Assembly (NCBI GenBank): GCA_050633305.1
Contig: JBOEGF010000013.1
Coordinates: 128,001-192,000 of the forward strand
Source of the DNA: Nannocystales bacterium
GTDB lineage: Bacteria > Myxococcota_A > Polyangia > Nannocystales > Nannocystaceae
Direction of reading: 5' to 3'
DNA length: 64,000 nt
The position numbers and the translations under genes are program-made. Below the pieces are notes generated by a model. It searched no databases and was not told where the DNA came from. It saw only the letters and a program-made list of their open reading frames with translations. Numbering within the stretch: position 1 is the first letter of the stretch; each line of letters starts with the position of its first letter. Positions 58,721-64,000 of this stretch are shown here, in pieces.

Positions 58721-59779
58721 TCAGCGTTCCAGCAGCTTGAAGTGGCGCTCACGGGACGTCGAGCCATTCGCAGCACGGCACTTCTTGCTGCCTGGGGTTG
58801 AGAACCCGAGCTTCCCGTAGCTCTGCAGACACATGTAGACCCACTCACCGTTTCGCTTCGAGATCTGCAAACCGCGGCTGTAGTTCGCGCTCGCACTCGG
58901 CCGGGCCGAGCCCCACTTCGGAAATGCGGCCCGGTCCGGATCAGAGGCGAGATAGACCTCGAACGACTTGGTCTTGCCCGCCTTTAGAGCCCCGGAACCG
59001 TTGAGGTACGTGAAGCTGCAGTACACCGACATGCCACTTGGGCCGCTGGACTTGTGGAGCGTGCCGGGCCACTTGGCGCCGAACAGTTCGTGGGAGCGAC
59101 ACAGTGGTGAGGTGCCGCTGCGCATGATGTACGTCGGCATCTCGGGCATGCTGTTGCCCTGCCCGGGGTTCCACCAGGTGTTGGGGCTCGACGGAATCGA
59201 GATCGCATGCTTGACGATGCTCCACCTGGCGACGCCCGTCAGCTGACCCATCAGCCAGACCTTGCAATGCGGCATCGGTGCGTCGGAATGAACCGAGGGA
59301 ATGTCCATCACACCGGGCACATTCTGGCCGCCGACCTTGGCCAGGCACAGCGCCTTCAAGGAGCCGCCAGAACGAACCTTGACCGCGGCCTGGGGCAGGC
59401 GCCCGCGCGCCTTCGTGATCGTGTCGGGCTCTGCGCTGTAGCGTGACTTCATCTTGAGCGCTCTCGCCCCCTGGGCGTAGGTCTCGCCCATGCACTTCAT
59501 GCGCCAGCGGTTTCCGGACTTGTAGGGTGTTGCCCCGCTGATCCGGCCGTCGGCCGTCTTGCACACGGGCAGCAGGCGCGCCCCGGTGTTGGTCGCGACT
59601 CTCCCCCCGGTGAAGTCGATCGATCGCTTGAACAGACCGCCGTGGACCTGGCTGTCCTCCACCGAGATATCGGCCCAGACCTGCCGCTTGATCCGCCAGC
59701 TGTCTGCGGCCTCGGCGGTCGAAGCGGCGGTCGATGCGATCGCGAGGGCGAGCAGCGGGAGCAGGCTTTTTCTGAGCAC
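58721..59779 (-). CDS. Secreted basic Cys-rich protein with DM9/DUF3421-like repeats
   Basis: Signal peptide ending AEA. Repeats PVCK...G..ISG, ALCLAKVGGQNVPG, PLCRSH..G..WPG, YMC...GKLG. Start is 59779 or 59815. Confidence 0.65.
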   Translation of the reverse strand: MLRKSLLPLLALAIASTAASTAEAADSWRIKRQVWADISVEDSQVHGGLFKRSIDFTGGRVATNTGARLLPVCKTADGRISGATPYKSGNRWRMKCMGETYAQGARALKMKSRYSAEPDTITKARGRLPQAAVKVRSGGSLKALCLAKVGGQNVPGVMDIPSVHSDAPMPHCKVWLMGQLTGVARWSIVKHAISIPSSPNTWWNPGQGNSMPEMPTYIMRSGTSPLCRSHELFGAKWPGTLHKSSGPSGMSVYCSFTYLNGSGALKAGKTKSFEVYLASDPDRAAFPKWGSARPSASANYSRGLQISKRNGEWVYMCLQSYGKLGFSTPGSKKCRAANGSTSRERHFKLLER

Positions 59780-59926
59780 GGCCTCACTACGGATGCCGAC
59801 CCAGATCTCCCTCATCGCCCGGCCGCTTTTTCTACGAGACCCCACGCCAGCTCGCGATTTCGCCCGCTCGGGCCATCCCGCTCGCCGAACCCGTGAGATG
59901 TGCTCGGTTCGCGTAGGGTCCGCACG

Positions 59927-60535
59927 GTGAAACGTTCCGACGCCGAACAGCTCCTCGCTGACTTGCAACCCCAGCGGCCGAACTTCGCGAACGCGAGGGA
60001 GACCCTCGTCGACGATCTCGAAGCTCAAATTGAGGAATCGTCGCGATGGTGCGCCATCCGTATCGTCGAAGGAGGTCCGGACGCCGACCTCAGCGAGCCC
60101 GACCTCGCGCCGCGACCCCTAGAGAAAAACCGATGGAACGCGCTTCACGATGTCGGCGCGTTGCGTCGGGCGCTGCTGCCCCGAGACCAGACCGTGCCGC
60201 AGCCACAGCCGGGTCGTTTCCTCGTCTACTTCCCGGACGCCGACCTGTGCGATGGGGCAGCGGCCGTGGCGAGCGAAGAGTTCTTCGATGACTACAACTG
60301 CCCTCCGTTCGGAACGTGGGTCGGCTACTTCGACGACGCGACCGACGAAGCGGACACTGATCCCAACTACTCCGGGTACGTACTATGCTGGGTCCCCGAG
60401 CGGTTCAAGGACCTCGCGAACGCTGGGGTGAATGCCAACCCCGAAGCGTGTATCCGGTGGTTGGACGAGACCACGGTCCGCATCCGGCCCGTCCTGCAGG
60501 CTCTCGAGCTTGCGAGCGTTCGCGCGCCCTTGTGA
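59927..60535 (+). CDS. Hypothetical protein
   Basis: GRFLVYFP...LCDGAA...S..FFD..NCPP..TWV...WVP pattern. TAGGGT lies 7 nt before the GTG. Confidence 0.7.
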   Translation: MKRSDAEQLLADLQPQRPNFANARETLVDDLEAQIEESSRWCAIRIVEGGPDADLSEPDLAPRPLEKNRWNALHDVGALRRALLPRDQTVPQPQPGRFLVYFPDADLCDGAAAVASEEFFDDYNCPPFGTWVGYFDDATDEADTDPNYSGYVLCWVPERFKDLANAGVNANPEACIRWLDETTVRIRPVLQALELASVRAPL

Positions 60536-60678
60536 CGCCGGATACGACACCGCTTCACCCCCGCGATAGCTACCGAACCTTCTTCCACCACCGCGGGCCG
60601 AATCGTACCGTGGTGGCTCAGCGCCGAGGGATGCGCTCCCCTCGGCCTACGCCATCTTCGACGGACAGGACTGCCTCA

Positions 60679-62898
60679 ATGATTCTCCAGACTCTCTTCC
60701 TGGCAGGGATTTCCGCCACCGTGCTTGCCCACTCTGCCGACGACGCCACGGTCTGCGAGGGGGACTTTGTGTCCTACGACGAGAGTCTCGAGCTCGACGC
60801 TCCGGCCAAGGACAAGTCCCCCAGCGCCGCCGTTCGTGCCGCTCAGGCCAAGAAGCAACGAGACAAGAAGGGGCCAGCCAAGAGCAAGAAAAAGAAGGGC
60901 AACGCGAAGAAGAAGAAGGGCAAACGGGTCAAACCCAAGAACATCGCCCAGGAGAAGAAGCGCAAGAAGGCAAAAGCGGACCACAAGGGCAACAAGGCCG
61001 CAAAGAGGAAGCGCAAGAAGATCAGCCGCAAGATGCCGGCTCGCGCATTCACCTCAAAAAAGAACCAGGTGAAGCTCGCGCAGCGCGAGAAGAAGGCCCC
61101 CAAGGCGGTCCGGGAGCGGCTCGCCGTGCAACGGGCGCTCATCAAGAAGAGGAACAAGCGCTATCGCGTCGCGTACACCAAGGCGCTCGAAATCCCCACG
61201 CCACTGCTGACCGGTCTCGAGCCGCTCAAGAACGCGAAGGCCGTCAAGCAGCGGCAGAACGCAAAGGCCGAGAAGAAGCTCGCTGCACTCGGAGTTGTCG
61301 GAGCGCCAAACATGATGCACCGGATGCTTCGCGCACCTGTCGTCGTCGAGCCCGATGGGCTCAAGGGAGCCCCCTCCGAAGGCAAGCGCTCGGATCACGT
61401 CGATGCTCCATTCCAGACCCCCGTCGGCGACGCCACCTGTTCGCCATCCATGACAGCGTGGAGCTGGAAGGAATACCTTGGCGAACCCCGCTCCCAGGGA
61501 TCATGCGGAAGCTGTTGGGCCTTCGCCGCGATCTCGGTATTCGAAGCTGTTGAGCGGATCGTCAATGGCCTCACGCTCGACTTCTCCGAGCAGCACATCG
61601 TCGACTGCGCGCGCGGGACTCACATCAACGGCTACGACATGGACGCCGGCTCGTGCAGCGGAGGGCAGATGTACCGGACCTTCGACTACCTCGAAGACCA
61701 CGGCGTCGCATTGGAGGACTCGATCCCGTACCAGGCGACAGAGCTCGCTTGCCAGCCCGACCAGGCCACCGAACACCGGGTGGGCGCCTGGGGCTTCGTC
61801 GATTCGTTCTACGCCGTCCCCAGCACAGACAAGCTCAAAGAGACGATCTGCCAGTATGGGCCCGCGGCGGTTGCCGTCCACGTCAACGACAGCTTCAGGA
61901 TGTATGCGGGTGGTGTCTACGACGACCACGTCGATGCGCAGGTCAACCACGCGGTCGTCATCGTCGGATGGGACGACCTTCGAGGCGCGTGGCTGATGCG
62001 CAATTCGTGGGGCACCTGGTGGGGCGAAGACGGCTACATGTGGATCGAGTACGGGGCCAACAACATCGGCGAGATGGCGGTTTGGGCCACACCAGAGTCC
62101 CCCGGCTCGGGGATGGTTTCCAAACGCAAGCGACGCAAGCTCAATATCCGAAACAAGACGGGGTCAGCGATCGAGGTCCAGGTGCAGTATCGCAACGGCA
62201 CCCGCTGGAAGCCCGCGCTGGGCTCTGGGAAGAAGACCTTGACGTATACCGTCGCCGACGGCGCGGAGGCGCTCGTGGGCATCGAGGGCAAGACCATTCG
62301 TGCCGACAAAGTCCGACTCTGGGCCAAGTCCACCAGCGGCGGTGGCAAGTGGTCGGAGTACAAGAAGAAGGACCTCGAGCTCGTTCCGGAGGGCACGTAC
62401 GCCTCCAAGACCATGCAGACGTTCGCGTACACCTTCGACGGCGACAACAAAGACGTCGGCGGGAAACCCAAGGGGGCCAGCAAGAGCAAGCGGTCCAAGA
62501 GCGAGTTGTTCGCCGCGGGCTATGGAGCGATCGACAGCGGAAAGCACACCAGGGGCCGCAACGTCCTCTCACGATATCTCGAGCGCTACCCTGGCGATGA
62601 CCGAGTTCCCGAGGTGATGTTCTGGATCGGCTACAGCCACTACGTCGAGGGCTCGTTCTACGAAGCTCTTGTCGAGTGGTACGACGTCGTCCTCGACCAC
62701 CCCGACCACGATTTCGTGGCATACGCGCTGTACTACTCCGGGCTCGCCTACGTCGAACGTGACGAGTGCGACCTTGCTCAGACCTGCTTCGATCTCGTCG
62801 CGCACGGCGGATATCCCTCCGCGACAGACGAATGGATCGACGCCGCGCAGAGCCAGATCTCCGACCTCGCGAGCAACGGCAAGAAATACTGCGGCTGA
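60679..62898 (+). CDS. Papain-family (C1A) cysteine protease with Lys-rich N-terminal region and C-terminal TPR domain
   Basis: QGSCGSCWAF, FSEQHIVDC, NHAVVIVGW, RNSWG..WGEDGY. Signal peptide. YbgF/BamD-like TPRs. Confidence 0.92.
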   Translation: MILQTLFLAGISATVLAHSADDATVCEGDFVSYDESLELDAPAKDKSPSAAVRAAQAKKQRDKKGPAKSKKKKGNAKKKKGKRVKPKNIAQEKKRKKAKADHKGNKAAKRKRKKISRKMPARAFTSKKNQVKLAQREKKAPKAVRERLAVQRALIKKRNKRYRVAYTKALEIPTPLLTGLEPLKNAKAVKQRQNAKAEKKLAALGVVGAPNMMHRMLRAPVVVEPDGLKGAPSEGKRSDHVDAPFQTPVGDATCSPSMTAWSWKEYLGEPRSQGSCGSCWAFAAISVFEAVERIVNGLTLDFSEQHIVDCARGTHINGYDMDAGSCSGGQMYRTFDYLEDHGVALEDSIPYQATELACQPDQATEHRVGAWGFVDSFYAVPSTDKLKETICQYGPAAVAVHVNDSFRMYAGGVYDDHVDAQVNHAVVIVGWDDLRGAWLMRNSWGTWWGEDGYMWIEYGANNIGEMAVWATPESPGSGMVSKRKRRKLNIRNKTGSAIEVQVQYRNGTRWKPALGSGKKTLTYTVADGAEALVGIEGKTIRADKVRLWAKSTSGGGKWSEYKKKDLELVPEGTYASKTMQTFAYTFDGDNKDVGGKPKGASKSKRSKSELFAAGYGAIDSGKHTRGRNVLSRYLERYPGDDRVPEVMFWIGYSHYVEGSFYEALVEWYDVVLDHPDHDFVAYALYYSGLAYVERDECDLAQTCFDLVAHGGYPSATDEWIDAAQSQISDLASNGKKYCG

Positions 62899-62934
62899 TT
62901 CCCCGCGTCGGTGGCAGCCGCCCTCGCGGCTACC

Positions 62935-64000
62935 CTAGTGGTCGATTTCTCCGGGGTAGCGGATCTCGATGAACCGGTCTTCGCCCACGTCCGCTCCGGA
63001 GAATGCAGCCGTTGTGCCGTCGGGCCACCGCACGTTGAGTTCGTAGTCGCAGGGGAAGTCACCCAGGCCGAAGTGCAGGGTCCGAGTGTCCTCGGAGTTG
63101 TACATACCCCGGCTGGACTTCTTCTCGCGCATCCGCTGCGTCCCATCCTCGGCGACCAACGAGACCCGAGTCCCAAATGCGTCGCGACTCACGGCGCTGC
63201 CGTCCCCCACCACCCGTACGGCAAGCCAACGGTTTTGGTGCCCGAGTTCGTTGCGGAGCAGGAAGTTTGGCCGCCCGCCACCGCGGTCACGGCCCCCGAC
63301 GAGCAGGTCGAGATCACCGTCGTGATCAATGTCGGCCCACGCGTGATTCTGGGCTCGCTTCACCCGGGCGAAGTCGGCCGTGTCATCGTTGATCCCGCTG
63401 CTGAGCCCAACGCTTCGGAACATCCCGTCGGGCTGCTGCCACGCAAGGCCGAACCATCCTTTTTGGTCGAGTTCGCTGTAGGCCTCCTCATACTTGTCTT
63501 CGCGCGACATCGAGATGTCCAACCGCCCGTCGTTGTCGAAGTCGACGAAGGCCCCATCAACGTCGCCCTCGTTGAAGGGGAGACCGGCGGCGAGCCAGCT
63601 GTTGGAGAACGCAAACCCGTCGTCCGCCCCCCCGTTGATCAGGAGCCGGCTAGGGTCCGACCATGTTCGTCCGTAGTCGCCCGCGGTCGCATGCGAGATG
63701 GCGATTGCGAGCACATCCAAGTCGCCGTCGTTGTCGACGTCCCCGCAGTCGATCCCAAATCCGTTGCTGCCCACGGCGGTCGAGGGTGTGGCGCCGGGCT
63801 CGTCGGCAAGGCCGTAGTCGGTCGCGGACATCCAGTAGTTTCCGGTCATCTCCGCCGCAAACCCACGCTCCACGCCCGTCTCGGTGAACAAGCCGGTCCC
63901 ATCCCCTTCCCACAGTCGGTTGTGGCCCAACGAGGTGCTCACCGAGTACGTCGAGACAAAGAGATCCAGGTCGAGGTCGTCGTCGAAGTCGCACGCGACG
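62935..64000 (-). CDS. CRTAC1/ASPIC-UnbV family FG-GAP repeat protein (5' part beyond window)
   Basis: DVDNDGDLD, DFDNDGRLD and DIDHDGDLD repeats. RDAFGTRV, LHFGLG and VRWPDG (ASPIC/UnbV). Confidence 0.9.
   Translation of the reverse strand, partial: VACDFDDDLDLDLFVSTYSVSTSLGHNRLWEGDGTGLFTETGVERGFAAEMTGNYWMSATDYGLADEPGATPSTAVGSNGFGIDCGDVDNDGDLDVLAIAISHATAGDYGRTWSDPSRLLINGGADDGFAFSNSWLAAGLPFNEGDVDGAFVDFDNDGRLDISMSREDKYEEAYSELDQKGWFGLAWQQPDGMFRSVGLSSGINDDTADFARVKRAQNHAWADIDHDGDLDLLVGGRDRGGGRPNFLLRNELGHQNRWLAVRVVGDGSAVSRDAFGTRVSLVAEDGTQRMREKKSSRGMYNSEDTRTLHFGLGDFPCDYELNVRWPDGTTAAFSGADVGEDRFIEIRYPGEIDH

Overview
GC-rich bacterial window with about 50 protein-coding genes. The gene content points to a myxobacterium, probably Nannocystaceae/Polyangia-like (inference): TPR Ser/Thr kinases, ECF sigma factors, lipoproteins with Ser/Thr/Gly linkers, an AgmX/PglI-type domain and a GKCD-motif lipoprotein. 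I found no rRNA, tRNA, CRISPR array, IS or prophage. The centrepiece is a ~15.5 kb chemosensory island (24.4-39.8 kb) with three parts. (i) An operon cheA(2xCheW)-cheW-triple-PAS soluble MCP-cheY-cheB-cheR-cheX that ends in a stand-alone MshEN-like protein and is preceded by an FNR/CRP-like palindrome. (ii) A divergent module with cheX-like, cheY and a sensorless MCP carrying a CheZ-like motif on one strand, and a CxC thioredoxin-like membrane protein plus a polytopic-membrane CheA-like kinase lacking CheW on the other. (iii) A cheY/cheX-like pair behind a sigma28-like promoter. Eight of the island's 15 proteins end in Ala-Ala, a ClpXP-type degron, and the island contains a 780-bp hairpin-dense non-coding interval. 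Flanking genes include a MATE-luciferase-like fusion, phoD, an orphan CheB*-CheR fusion, a WecC-like protein that has lost its catalytic motifs, LysM-MepA, nadA, egtB-egtD, katG, ECF/kinase pairs, a VIT-AgmX-TPR-DUF2135 fusion and a Lys-rich papain-like protease. All family calls come from recognising motifs by eye; no searches were run, and start codons were adjusted manually.
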